Origin: an uncultured Cytophagales bacterium
GTDB taxonomy: Bacteria > Bacteroidota > Bacteroidia > Cytophagales > Amoebophilaceae
Length of the DNA stretch: 64,000 nt
Direction of reading: 5' to 3'
Assembly: GCA_963922775.1 (NCBI GenBank)
Contig: CAWUJG010000002.1
Span: forward strand, 6,954 to 70,953
Under the pieces are notes generated by a model. It saw only the letters and a program-made list of their open reading frames with translations. It did no database searches and was not told where the DNA came from. Positions 38,405 to 48,355 of this stretch are shown here, in pieces (position 1 is the stretch's first letter; each line of letters begins with the position of its first letter). A program made the translations under genes and the position numbers.

Positions 38405-38959
38405 ATGTCAAGAATAGGAAAAACCCCCATTATGTTACCAAAGCAGGTTACAGCTACCTGCGATGACAATAATGTTGTACATGTAAAAAATGGCGATAAA
38501 ATACTTACACAATGTATTGCTACTAGCATTAACGTCAGTATTCAAAATAATACTATATGTTTAACAAGAACAGATGAAAAAAAAATGACTAAAGCGCTGC
38601 ATGGCTTATATCGCGCTTTAATTAATAATATGGTAGTAGGTGTAACACAAGGATATAAAAAATCACTTGAATTAGTTGGTGTGGGATATAAAGCCAATGT
38701 ACAACAAAATATTTTAGAATTACATCTTGGCTATTCGCATAATATTTTTTTTGTTGTACCTAAAGAGGTTACAGTAACTGCACAAACAGCAAAAGGAAAA
38801 AATCCTATTATTACTCTAGAAAGTATAGATAAGCAACTGATAGGTCAGGTGGCTGCTAAAATAAAATTATTAAAAAAAGTAGAGCCTTATAAAGGTAAAG
38901 GTATAAAATTTGTTGGTGAAAATATTAGAAGAAAAGAAGGAAAAGCAAAATCTAAGTAA
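38405..38959 (+). CDS. rplF: 50S ribosomal protein uL6
   Basis: I place the start at ATG 38405 (MSRIGKTPI...), after the rpsH stop. The ORF-track start 38357 overlaps rpsH. Confidence 0.93.
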   Translation: MSRIGKTPIMLPKQVTATCDDNNVVHVKNGDKILTQCIATSINVSIQNNTICLTRTDEKKMTKALHGLYRALINNMVVGVTQGYKKSLELVGVGYKANVQQNILELHLGYSHNIFFVVPKEVTVTAQTAKGKNPIITLESIDKQLIGQVAAKIKLLKKVEPYKGKGIKFVGENIRRKEGKAKSK

Positions 38960-39019
38960 TATAAAATAATGTCCTAGTGATTTTTAGTCATTATAGGGAC
39001 AGTTAAATTATAAATATAT

Positions 39020-39376
39020 ATGATGCCTGGTATCAAAAAAAACAGAAAAAAAAGTATACATAAAAAAATACGTCAAAAAATATTTGGCACTATCCAAAAG
39101 CCTAGATTGTCTGTTTATAAAAGCAACAAAAATATTTACTGTCAGATTATTGATGATAATCAATCACATACTATTGTATCTTCATCTTCTTTAAACTTTA
39201 AACAAGAAAATATTAATGCAACAAAAAAAGTAGCAAAAGAAGTGGGTAAAGTATTAGCAGAAAAAGCAAAAAAAAAGGGTATTGAGCATGTAGTTTTTGA
39301 TAGGTCAGGTTACCTATATCATGGGCAAGTTCAATCACTTGCAGAAGGTGCAAGAGAACAAGGGCTTAAATTTTAA
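39020..39376 (+). CDS. rplR: 50S ribosomal protein uL18
   Basis: 118 aa; [19 protein letters not shown] and [10 protein letters not shown]. Confidence 0.93.
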   Translation: MMPGIKKNRKKSIHKKIRQKIFGTIQKPRLSVYKSNKNIYCQIIDDNQSHTIVSSSSLNFKQENINATKKVAKEVGKVLAEKAKKKGIEHVVFDRSGYLYHGQVQSLAEGAREQGLKF

Positions 39377-39391
39377 CTTTTAAGAATATAC

Positions 39392-39895
39392 ATGGAAAAA
39401 ATTAAAAAAGGTGATGTTAACTTTACTACAAAAGTTATTAAAATAAAACGCGTTACTAAAGTAGTAAAAGGTGGAAGAAGGTTTAGGTTTTCTGCTCTAG
39501 TAATTGTAGGCAATAACAATGGTATTGTAGGTTATGGGCTAGGAAAAGCTAACGAGGTAGCATTGGCTACATTAAAAGGAGCAGAAAGGGCAAAAAAAAA
39601 CATACTCAAGGTCCCTATTATTCATGATACCATACCACATGCTATTGTGGGAAAAAATAATGGTGGAAAAATTTTGATTAAGCCTGCTGTAAAAGGAACT
39701 GGTGTAATAGCAGGGGGAGGAGCACGTGTTGTATTTGAATTAGCAGGTATAAAAAATATTTTGTCTAAGTCTCAAGGTTCAAATAATGCAAATAATATGG
39801 TAGGTGCAGCATTTGATGCGTTAAAACAGTTAAGAGATCCTATTAGTATAGCCAAAATTCGTGGTATATCCCTTAGTAAATTGTTTAATGGATAG
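39392..39895 (+). CDS. rpsE: 30S ribosomal protein uS5
   Basis: IKRVTKVVKGGRRFRFSALVIVGN. Confidence 0.95.
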   Translation: MEKIKKGDVNFTTKVIKIKRVTKVVKGGRRFRFSALVIVGNNNGIVGYGLGKANEVALATLKGAERAKKNILKVPIIHDTIPHAIVGKNNGGKILIKPAVKGTGVIAGGGARVVFELAGIKNILSKSQGSNNANNMVGAAFDALKQLRDPISIAKIRGISLSKLFNG

Positions 39896-39922
39896 TAGAA
39901 AATAAAATTATTTTGAAAAATT

Positions 39923-40099
39923 TATGGAAAATTCAATAAAGATTACACAAATTAAAAGTACTATTAATAGGCCTAAAAAACAGAAAGCGACCATACAAGC
40001 CTTGGGTTTAGGTAAAATTAACAGGTGTAAAATGGTAAAAATTACACCACAAATACAGGGTATGATTAATAAGGTAAAGCATTTAATAAAAGTTAAATA
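39923..40099 (+). CDS. rpmD: 50S ribosomal protein uL30
   Basis: Not in the ORF track (58 aa). My translation gives MENSIKITQIKSTINRPKKQKATIQALGLGKINRCKMVKITPQIQGMINKVKHLIKVK*. It sits in the expected slot between rpsE and rplO. Confidence 0.88.
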
Positions 40100-40110
40100 A
40101 AAAAGAAAAT

Positions 40111-40563
40111 ATGGATTTGCATACATTAAAATCAGCAAAAGGTGCCCTAAAAGGTAAGAAAAGAATAGCTCGAGGTCAGGGATCTGGAAAAGGGGGTACT
40201 GCTACAAGGGGTCATAAAGGAGCTAAATCTAGGTCTGGATATAAACGCAAGATAGGATTTGAAGGCGGACAGATGCCATTACAGCGTAGATTACCTAAGT
40301 TTGGATTTAAAAATAGCCAAAAAACGTATTATAAAATTATAAATCTTGCTCAACTTCAAAAGCTTGCTGAAGATAAAAATATTACAAATTTTAATCTGGA
40401 GACCTTTTATAATCATGGTTTAATAAGCAATAAAAAAGTAAGTATAAAAATATTAGCCAAGGGAATGTTAAATAAAAAAATTCATGTTACTGCACATATG
40501 TTCTCAAAAGAAGCAAAGCAGTGTATAGAAAAACATGAAGGTCAGGCTATAAAAGTGCTATAA
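40111..40563 (+). CDS. rplO: 50S ribosomal protein uL15
   Basis: RGQGSGKGGTATRGHKG and FEGGQMPLQRRLPK. Confidence 0.95.
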   Translation: MDLHTLKSAKGALKGKKRIARGQGSGKGGTATRGHKGAKSRSGYKRKIGFEGGQMPLQRRLPKFGFKNSQKTYYKIINLAQLQKLAEDKNITNFNLETFYNHGLISNKKVSIKILAKGMLNKKIHVTAHMFSKEAKQCIEKHEGQAIKVL

Positions 40564-40566
40564 ATT

Positions 40567-41841
40567 ATGCGTTTTTTCTCTACTATAAAAAATATATATA
40601 AAATACCAGAGTTAAGAAAAAGAATTATCACTACAATAAGTCTATTAATTATTTTTCGTCTGGGATCTTTTATTGTTTTGCCAGGTATTAATCCAGAAAA
40701 AGTTACTAAATCTTCTATAGGTATTTTTAATTTGTTAGATAACTTTTTAGGAGGAGCCTTTAGCAATGCTTCTATTTTTGCCTTAGGCATTATGCCTTAT
40801 ATATCAGCTTCAATAGCAGTACAGCTTTTGACCTTTGCTTTGCCTTACTTCCAAAAATTACAAAAAGATGGTCAATCAGGACAAAATAAGCTAAATAATA
40901 TTACAAGAACATTCACTATTTTTATTACTTTATTTCAATCTTTTGCTTATTTATCTGCTACCATAAGTCATGAAATGCTTTGGATTAGTAGAGGGTTATT
41001 TACTTTCACTTCTCTTATTATTTTGTTATCTGGTACTATGTTTTGTATGTGGCTTGGAGAGCGTATTACAGAAAAAGGTATTGGTAATGGCATATCTATG
41101 TTGATTATGGTAGGTATTATTTCTTCTTTACCTGGTGCTTGTTTTATTGAAGTATCTTCTAAAGGGTTAGATAGAGCCTTATTTTTATTATTAGAATTTA
41201 CAGCACTTTTTTTTATTATTATAGGGTTCATTTTCTTTACAGAAGCTTCAAGAAGAATACCTATACAATATGCTAAACAGATTGCTGGTAGTACTACAGC
41301 AAATATACAAACTAAATATATTCCTTTTAAGCTTAATACTGCTGGTGTAATGCCTATTATATTTGCCCAAGCGCTTATATTTATTCCAGGCCTTGTTCTT
41401 GGTTTTTTACCATCTAGTCCTAGGCTTCAAAAAATAATACAGTCTCTTGCTGATTTTACTACGTGGCAATATAATTTATTGTTCAGCATATTAATTATTT
41501 CTTTCACATTTTTTTACACCGCTATCACTATTAACCCTAATCAAATAGCTGATGATATGAAGAGAAGTGGAGGTTTTATACCGGGTGTTAAGCCAGGAAA
41601 AGATACAGAAAATTATATTGATAATGTTTTAAGTAAGATTACACTTCCTAGTGCTATTATACTGGCTATTATTGCCATAATACCTGCTTTAGCCTATATT
41701 TTAGGTGTAAGTAGAGAGTTCAGCCAGTTTTTTGGTGGAACATCTTTACTTATAGTAGTAGGTGTTTTTTTAGAAATTGTACAACAAACTAAAAGTTATT
41801 TGCTTATGCATTATTATGATGGCTTAATGAAGATAAAATGA
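40567..41841 (+). CDS. secY: preprotein translocase subunit SecY
   Basis: 424-aa polytopic membrane protein with ELRKRIITT and GIMPYISASI. Located after rplO. Confidence 0.95.
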   Translation: MRFFSTIKNIYKIPELRKRIITTISLLIIFRLGSFIVLPGINPEKVTKSSIGIFNLLDNFLGGAFSNASIFALGIMPYISASIAVQLLTFALPYFQKLQKDGQSGQNKLNNITRTFTIFITLFQSFAYLSATISHEMLWISRGLFTFTSLIILLSGTMFCMWLGERITEKGIGNGISMLIMVGIISSLPGACFIEVSSKGLDRALFLLLEFTALFFIIIGFIFFTEASRRIPIQYAKQIAGSTTANIQTKYIPFKLNTAGVMPIIFAQALIFIPGLVLGFLPSSPRLQKIIQSLADFTTWQYNLLFSILIISFTFFYTAITINPNQIADDMKRSGGFIPGVKPGKDTENYIDNVLSKITLPSAIILAIIAIIPALAYILGVSREFSQFFGGTSLLIVVGVFLEIVQQTKSYLLMHYYDGLMKIK

Positions 41842-41879
41842 AGCATATAATATATTTTTATTATTTCATGTTTTAGGCA

Positions 41880-42656
41880 ATGGTATCTATAAAAACTAAA
41901 GAAGAAATATCTATAATACAAGAAGGGTCTGAAATTTTAAATAAAACACATGGTGTATTGGCAGATCAGATAGCTCCAGGTGTTACTACAAAATTTTTAG
42001 ACACCTTAGCAGAAGAATTTATCCGAGATCACCATGCCAAATCTTCTTTTAAGGGTTACAATGGCTATCCATTTACGTTATGTATAGCGGTAAATAATGT
42101 TGTAGTACATGGTTTTCCATCAAAATATGTTTTAAAATCAGGAGATATTATTTCTGTTGATTGTGGGGTTTATTATAAAGGTTATCATACTGATAGTGCT
42201 TATACCTATGCTGTTGGAAAAGTAGATAAAAATATACATCAATTACTAAGCATAACTAAAAAATCGTTATATTGTGGTATTAAACAGGCTGTTGTTGGCA
42301 ATACGGTTGGAGATATTGGCTATGCTATACAATCTCTTGTAGAAAGCAATGGATATGCTGTAGTAAGAACATTGTCTGGTCATGGTATTGGAAAGAATCT
42401 ACATGAAGATCCTCCTATTCCTAACTTTGGTAAAAAAAAACAAGGTCCCATATTAAAAAATGGAATGGTAATAGCCATAGAACCTATAGTAAACTTAGGA
42501 CATTATAGAACAATAGAAAAAAAAAATGGTATTTTTACAACTTGGGATGGTAAACCTTCTGCACATTTTGAACATACTGTAGCTATATTACAAGATGGTC
42601 CTCAGGTATTAACAAGTTATAAATATATCGAACAAAAAATAAAATCATATGTCTAA
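41880..42656 (+). CDS. map: type I methionine aminopeptidase
   Basis: 258 aa with metal-ligand contexts [22 protein letters not shown] and EPIV. Located after secY. Confidence 0.93.
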   Translation: MVSIKTKEEISIIQEGSEILNKTHGVLADQIAPGVTTKFLDTLAEEFIRDHHAKSSFKGYNGYPFTLCIAVNNVVVHGFPSKYVLKSGDIISVDCGVYYKGYHTDSAYTYAVGKVDKNIHQLLSITKKSLYCGIKQAVVGNTVGDIGYAIQSLVESNGYAVVRTLSGHGIGKNLHEDPPIPNFGKKKQGPILKNGMVIAIEPIVNLGHYRTIEKKNGIFTTWDGKPSAHFEHTVAILQDGPQVLTSYKYIEQKIKSYV

Positions 42657-42867
42657 ACAGGAACCATTGGTACAAGAAGGAATTGTTAAAGAAGCTTTTC
42701 CCAATGCCATATTTAAAGTACAGCTAAAAAGTGGTGTAATGATTACTGCTCATATTTCTGGAAAAATGAGAAAATTTTACATCAAAATATTTCCTGGAGA
42801 TAAGGTAAAAATTGAAATGTCTCCTTATGATTTAACTAAAGGAAGAATAACTTATCGTTACAAATAA
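42649..42867 (+). CDS. infA: translation initiation factor IF-1
   Basis: 72 aa; S1-like [41 protein letters not shown]. Confidence 0.95.
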   Translation: MSKQEPLVQEGIVKEAFPNAIFKVQLKSGVMITAHISGKMRKFYIKIFPGDKVKIEMSPYDLTKGRITYRYK

Positions 42868-42872
42868 AAATT

Positions 42873-42989
42873 ATGAAAATAAAAGTATCTGTAAAAAAAA
42901 GAAGTAATAGTTGCATTATTGTGCGTAGAAAAGGAAGGCTATATACGATTAATAAAAAAAATCCAAGATTTAAACAAAGACAAGGTTAA
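42873..42989 (+). CDS. rpmJ: 50S ribosomal protein bL36
   Basis: Not in the ORF track (38 aa). My translation gives [38 protein letters not shown]. It sits in the slot between infA and rpsM. Confidence 0.9.
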   Translation: MKIKVSVKKRSNSCIIVRRKGRLYTINKKNPRFKQRQG

Positions 42990-42994
42990 AAGAA

Positions 42995-43372
42995 ATGGTT
43001 AGAATATTAGGTGTTGACTTGCCTCTTAAAAAGAGAGGAGAAATAGCCCTTACCTCTATTTTTGGTATAGGAAGAAGTAGGGCAAATCAGGTTCTTCAGA
43101 AGGCAAATATTGATAAAAATAAATATGTGAAAGAATGGACAGATAAAGAAATACAATGTATTAGAGAAATAATTAGTAAAAATTATAAGGTAGAAGGAGA
43201 GCTACGAGGAGAAATTAGACTAAATATTAAACGGCTTATCGATATTGGATGTTATCGAGGAAAAAGACATCGTTTAGGATTGCCTGTAAGAGGACAAAAA
43301 ACAAAAAATAATGCCCGTACCCGTAAAGGAAAAAGAAAAACTGTAGCCAATAAAAAAAAGGCTACTAAGTAA
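42995..43372 (+). CDS. rpsM: 30S ribosomal protein uS13
   Basis: [10 protein letters not shown] and [27 protein letters not shown]. Confidence 0.95.
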   Translation: MVRILGVDLPLKKRGEIALTSIFGIGRSRANQVLQKANIDKNKYVKEWTDKEIQCIREIISKNYKVEGELRGEIRLNIKRLIDIGCYRGKRHRLGLPVRGQKTKNNARTRKGKRKTVANKKKATK

Positions 43373-43382
43373 TTTTTAACCT

Positions 43383-43781
43383 ATGAAAAAAACAGATAAA
43401 GCAAAAAAAAAAGTACAAGTAGATGAATTTGGCAGAGCATATATTACCACATCTTTTAACAATATTATCATATCTATTACCAATAATAAAGGACAGGTAA
43501 TTGCTTGGTCTTCAGCAGGAAAGATGGGATTTAGAGGATCGAAAAAAAATACTCCTTATGCTGCGCAATGTTCTGCAATAGATTGTGCAAAAAAAGTGTA
43601 TGAGTTAGGTATGAAAAAGGTAAATGTTTATCTTAAGGGTCCAGGGGGAGGTAAAGAAGCAGCTGTGAGAACAATACAGAATATAGGTATGGAAGTAGTT
43701 ACAATTAAAGATATTACTCCTATGCCACATAATGGATGTAGACCACCAAAAAGAAGAAGACCATCAAAAATAATATTATAA
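43383..43781 (+). CDS. rpsK: 30S ribosomal protein uS11
   Basis: [38 protein letters not shown]. Confidence 0.95.
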   Translation: MKKTDKAKKKVQVDEFGRAYITTSFNNIIISITNNKGQVIAWSSAGKMGFRGSKKNTPYAAQCSAIDCAKKVYELGMKKVNVYLKGPGGGKEAAVRTIQNIGMEVVTIKDITPMPHNGCRPPKRRRPSKIIL

Positions 43782-43788
43782 AAATCCT

Positions 43789-44388
43789 ATGGCAAGATAT
43801 AAAGGGCCTAAAGCCAAAATATCCCGAAGATTTAGAGAGCCTATATTAGGTGCTGCTAAAATACTTAAAAAAAAAAATTATCCTCCAGGTCAACATGGTA
43901 AAGCAAGAAAAAAAAAAACAGCCTATGCTTTGCAATTACATGAAAAGCAAAAAGCAAAATATATTTATGGTGTTTTAGAAAAACAGTTTCGGAATACTTT
44001 TAATACAGCTGTGTGTAAGAAAGGTATAACAGGTACTGTATTATTACAGTTGTTAGAAAAAAGATTAGATAATATTGTATACCGTTTAGGTATTGCGCCT
44101 ACAAGACGTGCTGCAAGACAGCTTGTTGTACATAGACATATTACTGTGAATGATCGTATTGTCAACATACCTTCTTGTCAGCTAAAAATAGGTGATATAA
44201 TAGCTATAAAAGATAAGTCAAAATCTTTAGCCATTGTGCAAGAAAGCATAGCCTCTAACCATAATAGCTATGTTTGGTTAGAGTGGGATAAAACAAGTAT
44301 GAAAGGAAAAATAATAGCTATACCCCAAAGAGAAGAGATTCCAGAAAAAATTAATGAACAAAGTATTGTAGAGCTTTATTCAAGATAA
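43789..44388 (+). CDS. rpsD: 30S ribosomal protein uS4
   Basis: MARYKGPKAKISRRF and S4 domain RLDNIVYRLGIAPTRRAARQLVVHRHITVN. Confidence 0.95.
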   Translation: MARYKGPKAKISRRFREPILGAAKILKKKNYPPGQHGKARKKKTAYALQLHEKQKAKYIYGVLEKQFRNTFNTAVCKKGITGTVLLQLLEKRLDNIVYRLGIAPTRRAARQLVVHRHITVNDRIVNIPSCQLKIGDIIAIKDKSKSLAIVQESIASNHNSYVWLEWDKTSMKGKIIAIPQREEIPEKINEQSIVELYSR

Positions 44389-44441
44389 TTTTGTATTGTG
44401 TTCACACAATTATATAATTTTTTTAATTATAAATATTCATC

Positions 44442-45428
44442 ATGTCTGATACCATTTTTAATCTGCCTAAGCATATTATTATAGAAAAAAATGAAAAAAA
44501 TTATGCTACTTTTAGTTTTAAGCCTTTAGAAAAAGGTTATGGCATAACTATTGGTAATGCGCTTCGAAGGGTTTTGCTTTCTTCATTAGAAGGATATGCT
44601 GTTACACATTGTAGTATACCCAATATACATCATGAATTTTCTACTATTGATGGTGTTATTGAGGATGTATCAGAAATAATCCTTAATTTAAAAAAAGTGA
44701 GAGTGAAGGCTCTAGAATCTTTTATACAAGAAGATGTTAATATTTGTCTTAAAGAACGTGATGAATTAAAAGCAGCAGATATTGCTAAAAATAACAAAAA
44801 AGTAGCTGTTTTAAATCCAGAGTTAACACTTTGTAGATTTGCAAAACCCTTACAGTTTGATATATCTTTAATTATTAAACAGGGCAAGGGTTATGCACTT
44901 GCAGAAGAGCATGATTTAACAGAAGATAAGTCAGCTATACTGGGAATAATGGCTTTAGATGCTATTTTTACCCCAATAAAAAAAGTAAGTTATAAAGTAG
45001 AAGATACACGGGTAGGTAGAAAAATAGATTACGATAACCTGTTGCTATCTATAGAAACTGATGGTACAATAACACCAGAAGATGCACTGAAGCATGCCAT
45101 AAAAATTTTGATAAAACATTTTGAATTGTTTTTAACAGAAAATTTTTTTATATATCCTTCTATGCAAGATGAAGAAAAAAATACTCAGATGTTGCAGCTA
45201 AAAAAAATACTTAAAACACCGTTAAACGAACTCAACTTAACTTCTAGGGCATTTAACTCTTTGGCTTCTGCTGGTCTAAGCACTTTGGGTGATATAGTAA
45301 TACGTAAAGAAGATGAGCTAAATTTTAAAAATTTTGGTAAAAAATCTCATGAAGAGATAAAAAATGTTCTAGAAGAATATAAACTCCATTTTGGCATGGA
45401 TGTTAAAAATATTGTACTATCAAAATAG
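44442..45428 (+). CDS. rpoA: DNA-directed RNA polymerase subunit alpha
   Basis: 328 aa with ITIGNALRRVLLSSLEGYAV and a C-terminal domain with LNLTSRAFNSL. Confidence 0.95.
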   Translation: MSDTIFNLPKHIIIEKNEKNYATFSFKPLEKGYGITIGNALRRVLLSSLEGYAVTHCSIPNIHHEFSTIDGVIEDVSEIILNLKKVRVKALESFIQEDVNICLKERDELKAADIAKNNKKVAVLNPELTLCRFAKPLQFDISLIIKQGKGYALAEEHDLTEDKSAILGIMALDAIFTPIKKVSYKVEDTRVGRKIDYDNLLLSIETDGTITPEDALKHAIKILIKHFELFLTENFFIYPSMQDEEKNTQMLQLKKILKTPLNELNLTSRAFNSLASAGLSTLGDIVIRKEDELNFKNFGKKSHEEIKNVLEEYKLHFGMDVKNIVLSK

Positions 45429-45455
45429 TCTTATTATTATACCTAATACCTAATT

Positions 45456-45926
45456 ATGCGGCATCAAAAAAAGAATAATCATTTAGGAAGAAAAGCTTCT
45501 AGTAGAAAAGCATTGTTGTGCGGATTAGCAAAATCTTTAATTTTAAATAAAAATAAAAGAATAGTCACTACTCTAGCTAAAGCAAAAGCTTTAAGAAGCT
45601 ATATGGAACCTATTTTAACTAAGGTAAAAAAAGATACTACACATTCTAGAAGAATAGTATTTGCATATTTTCAAGACAAAGTACCTGTAAAAGAACTTTT
45701 TGACAGTATTGCAGAAAAAATTTACAATAGGCCGGGAGGTTATATGCGTATTATACGTATGGGAAGAAGAAAAGGAGATAATGCTGAAATGAGTATGATA
45801 GAACTAGTAGATTATAATACCCTATATAAAGATAAAAATGTACAACGCAAAAATGTGCGTAGAGGAAGAAAAAAAAAAATAGCTAAAGAAGTACAACAGG
45901 CTGAAACAATTACAGATAAAAATTAA
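45456..45926 (+). CDS. rplQ: 50S ribosomal protein bL17
   Basis: [21 protein letters not shown]; located after rpoA. Confidence 0.94.
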   Translation: MRHQKKNNHLGRKASSRKALLCGLAKSLILNKNKRIVTTLAKAKALRSYMEPILTKVKKDTTHSRRIVFAYFQDKVPVKELFDSIAEKIYNRPGGYMRIIRMGRRKGDNAEMSMIELVDYNTLYKDKNVQRKNVRRGRKKKIAKEVQQAETITDKN

Positions 45927-45943
45927 TTGTTGTCTATATTTGT

Positions 45944-47230
45944 ATGAGCGTAATTAAAGATATACATGCCAGGCAGATATTTGATTCGAGAGGTAACCCT
46001 ACAATTGAAGTAGATGTATATACCAGTACTAATACATTAGGTCGCTCATCAGTACCTTCTGGTGCTTCTGTAGGTAAATATGAAGCTAAATATTTGTTAG
46101 ATGGTGAAAAAGCATACCTTGGCAGAGGAGTAACTAAAGCTATAAATAGCATTAATAAAATTATTAAGAAAGCCTTAGTAGGTAAAAATATATTTGATCA
46201 GCATAATATAGATCAAATTATGATAAGATTAGATGGCACTAAAGATAAATTAAATTTAGGAGCTAATGCTATTTTGGGAGTGTCGCTTGCAGTAGCAAGG
46301 GCAGCAGCTCAAGCTATAGATCTTCCTCTATATCGATATTTGCATCATCAGAATACTATGTACTATACTACACCTATACCTATGTTAAATATTATTAATG
46401 GTGGAGTACATGCTGATAATAATATTGACTTTCAAGAATTTTTGATACTGCCTATCAAAGCAAAAAATTTTGCTCATGCTTTAAAAATGGGTGCAGAAGT
46501 ATTTTGGACACTAAAAATGCTGTTTAAAAAGAAAAAATATGCTACAAATGTAGGTGATGAAGGAGGATTTGCTCCTAACCTTACTTCTTTTCATATAGCG
46601 TTAGATTATATACTTCAAGCAATTGAAAAAGCAGGCTACGTTCCAGGAAAAGATATATTTTTAGGTATAGATGCTGCTGCTTCAGAACTATATGATGTTA
46701 AAAAGAAAAGATATATTTTACAATCAACATCAGATAAACAGTATTCTTCAGAAGAAATGATTGTATTCTGGAATGACATTATTCAAAAGTATCCCATTAT
46801 TTCTCTGGAAGATCCATTGGCAGAAGAAGATTGGGAAGGGTGGAAAAAGATAACAAAAAATTTAGGCCATAAAATACAATTAGTAGGTGATGATTTGTTT
46901 GTAACAAAAGAAGAAAGACTACAAGAAGGTATTTCAAATCAAGTAGCTAATGCTATTTTAATTAAGCCTAACCAAGTAGGTACATTGAGTGAAACAAAAG
47001 ATACAATTGACTTAGCTAAAAAAGCAAATTATCATTATATTTTTTCGCATCGTTCAGGAGAAACAGAAGATACTACTATAGCAGATCTTGCTATAGCTTA
47101 TCAGGCTACACAAATTAAAGCTGGAGCACTAACACGTTCCGAAAGATTGGCAAAATACAATCAAATATTAAGAATAGAAGAAGCTTTAGGAAAAAAAGCA
47201 GTATATTATGGAGAAAAAATATTTTCTTAA
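45944..47230 (+). CDS. eno: enolase (phosphopyruvate hydratase)
   Basis: IHARQIFDSRGNPTIEVDV, SHRSGETEDTTIADLA. Confidence 0.96.
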   Translation: MSVIKDIHARQIFDSRGNPTIEVDVYTSTNTLGRSSVPSGASVGKYEAKYLLDGEKAYLGRGVTKAINSINKIIKKALVGKNIFDQHNIDQIMIRLDGTKDKLNLGANAILGVSLAVARAAAQAIDLPLYRYLHHQNTMYYTTPIPMLNIINGGVHADNNIDFQEFLILPIKAKNFAHALKMGAEVFWTLKMLFKKKKYATNVGDEGGFAPNLTSFHIALDYILQAIEKAGYVPGKDIFLGIDAAASELYDVKKKRYILQSTSDKQYSSEEMIVFWNDIIQKYPIISLEDPLAEEDWEGWKKITKNLGHKIQLVGDDLFVTKEERLQEGISNQVANAILIKPNQVGTLSETKDTIDLAKKANYHYIFSHRSGETEDTTIADLAIAYQATQIKAGALTRSERLAKYNQILRIEEALGKKAVYYGEKIFS

Positions 47231-47513
47231 AAAAAAGTTTATATTCCATTTTTTTCCTAAAAAAAAATATTTTTTTACCTTAGCTATTTTTTTCTTCTGG
47301 ATAGTTTTTTGTGATGATGATAATATTTTTAAAATGTATGCCTTGCTAAAACAAAAAAAAGAATTAAAACAACAACAACAACAATATCTATATCAGATTA
47401 AGGTAATAAAAGAAAAAAAAGAAAATTTAGATAATATGGAATATATAGAAAAATATGCAAGAGAAAAATATTTTATGAAAAAAAAAGGAGAAGATATTTT
47501 TATTGTTGAATAA
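47208..47513 (+). CDS. ftsB: septum formation initiator family protein (FtsB/DivIC-like)
   Basis: 101 aa with one TM segment, a coiled-coil stretch and IEKYAREKYFMKKKGEDIF. Its position after eno is typical of Bacteroidota. Confidence 0.6.
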   Translation: MEKKYFLKKKFIFHFFPKKKYFFTLAIFFFWIVFCDDDNIFKMYALLKQKKELKQQQQQYLYQIKVIKEKKENLDNMEYIEKYAREKYFMKKKGEDIFIVE

Positions 47514-47547
47514 AATAAATTATATAATAACATAATCATATTAAAAT

Positions 47548-47706
47548 ATGAAAAGAACTTACCAACCATCCAATAGAAAAAGAAAAAATAAACATGGTTT
47601 TAGAGAAAGAATGTCAACAAAAGATGGAAGAGCTATATTGTCTAGAAGAAGAGCAAAGGGAAGAAAAAAATTGACTGTTTCAGATGAATTGAGACCTAAA
47701 AAATAG
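47548..47706 (+). CDS. rpmH: 50S ribosomal protein bL34
   Basis: Not in the ORF track (52 aa). My translation gives [52 protein letters not shown]. Located upstream of rnpA. Confidence 0.92.
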   Translation: MKRTYQPSNRKRKNKHGFRERMSTKDGRAILSRRRAKGRKKLTVSDELRPKK

Positions 47707-47719
47707 TTTATTTTACTTC

Positions 47720-48094
47720 ATGTATAAATTTGTAAAAAAAGAAAAATTACGCACAAAAAAGTTAAATCAAACTATATATACACAAGGAATACATTATAGG
47801 ACCCAAGTACTAAAGTTTTTATATTTGTGTAATAATGATAGTTTACAGCTTACATCACACAAAAATTTATTTTTGGTACAAAAAAGTAAGATAAAAAAAT
47901 CTGTAGACAGAAATCGTATCAGAAGAAAGCTAAGAGAAGCTTATAGATATGAAAAATATCTGCTGAAAAATTTTTTTGTAATAGTTTATCAATACCTTTC
48001 TAAAGATGTATATCCATGCTTGGAAATGTTAAGGAAAGAATTCCATTGTTTTTTTACTCATTTAAATGAGTGGCATCATGTTGCAGATAGGTAG
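47720..48094 (+). CDS. rnpA: ribonuclease P protein component
   Basis: 124 aa, basic, with RNR motif VDRNRIRRKLREAYR. Located after rpmH. Confidence 0.85.
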   Translation: MYKFVKKEKLRTKKLNQTIYTQGIHYRTQVLKFLYLCNNDSLQLTSHKNLFLVQKSKIKKSVDRNRIRRKLREAYRYEKYLLKNFFVIVYQYLSKDVYPCLEMLRKEFHCFFTHLNEWHHVADR

Positions 48095-48355
48095 GTACAT
48101 ATCCCCAAAAATAATTAGAAAATAGACTACAAGCCTCAGGTTTAGCTATGGTTTTTATTGAAAATATAGACAAGGATAGTTAATATTCAGTGAAATAGCT
48201 GTGTGTGGGAACTTAAAGCTGACTTTATTTTTGTAAATTTCGATTGTCAGCATGAAATAGTAAAAAGCCTATTTAAGGGAATACAATTTTTGGAAAATTC
48301 TACCAAAATTTATAATTTTAGATATTATTTCAATCCTTAGTAAGTATACTAATCC

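Noticed and set aside
38960-39019. Imperfect hairpin (tgtcctagtga...tcattatagggaca) between rplF and rplR as a regulatory element
   Set aside because: The pairing is interrupted and short, and I could not support it beyond chance in this composition.
39908-40138. 76-aa minus-strand ORF
   Set aside because: It is antisense to rpmD (39923-40099) and the start of rplO. The plus strand encodes a clear uL30 in the expected operon slot.
32102-45000. Numerous short minus-strand ORFs inside the ribosomal protein genes and rpoA (e.g. 32102-32326, 35669-35938, 36824-37158, 40542-41231, 43965-44168, 44630-44887)
   Set aside because: All are antisense to strongly supported genes and have low-complexity composition.
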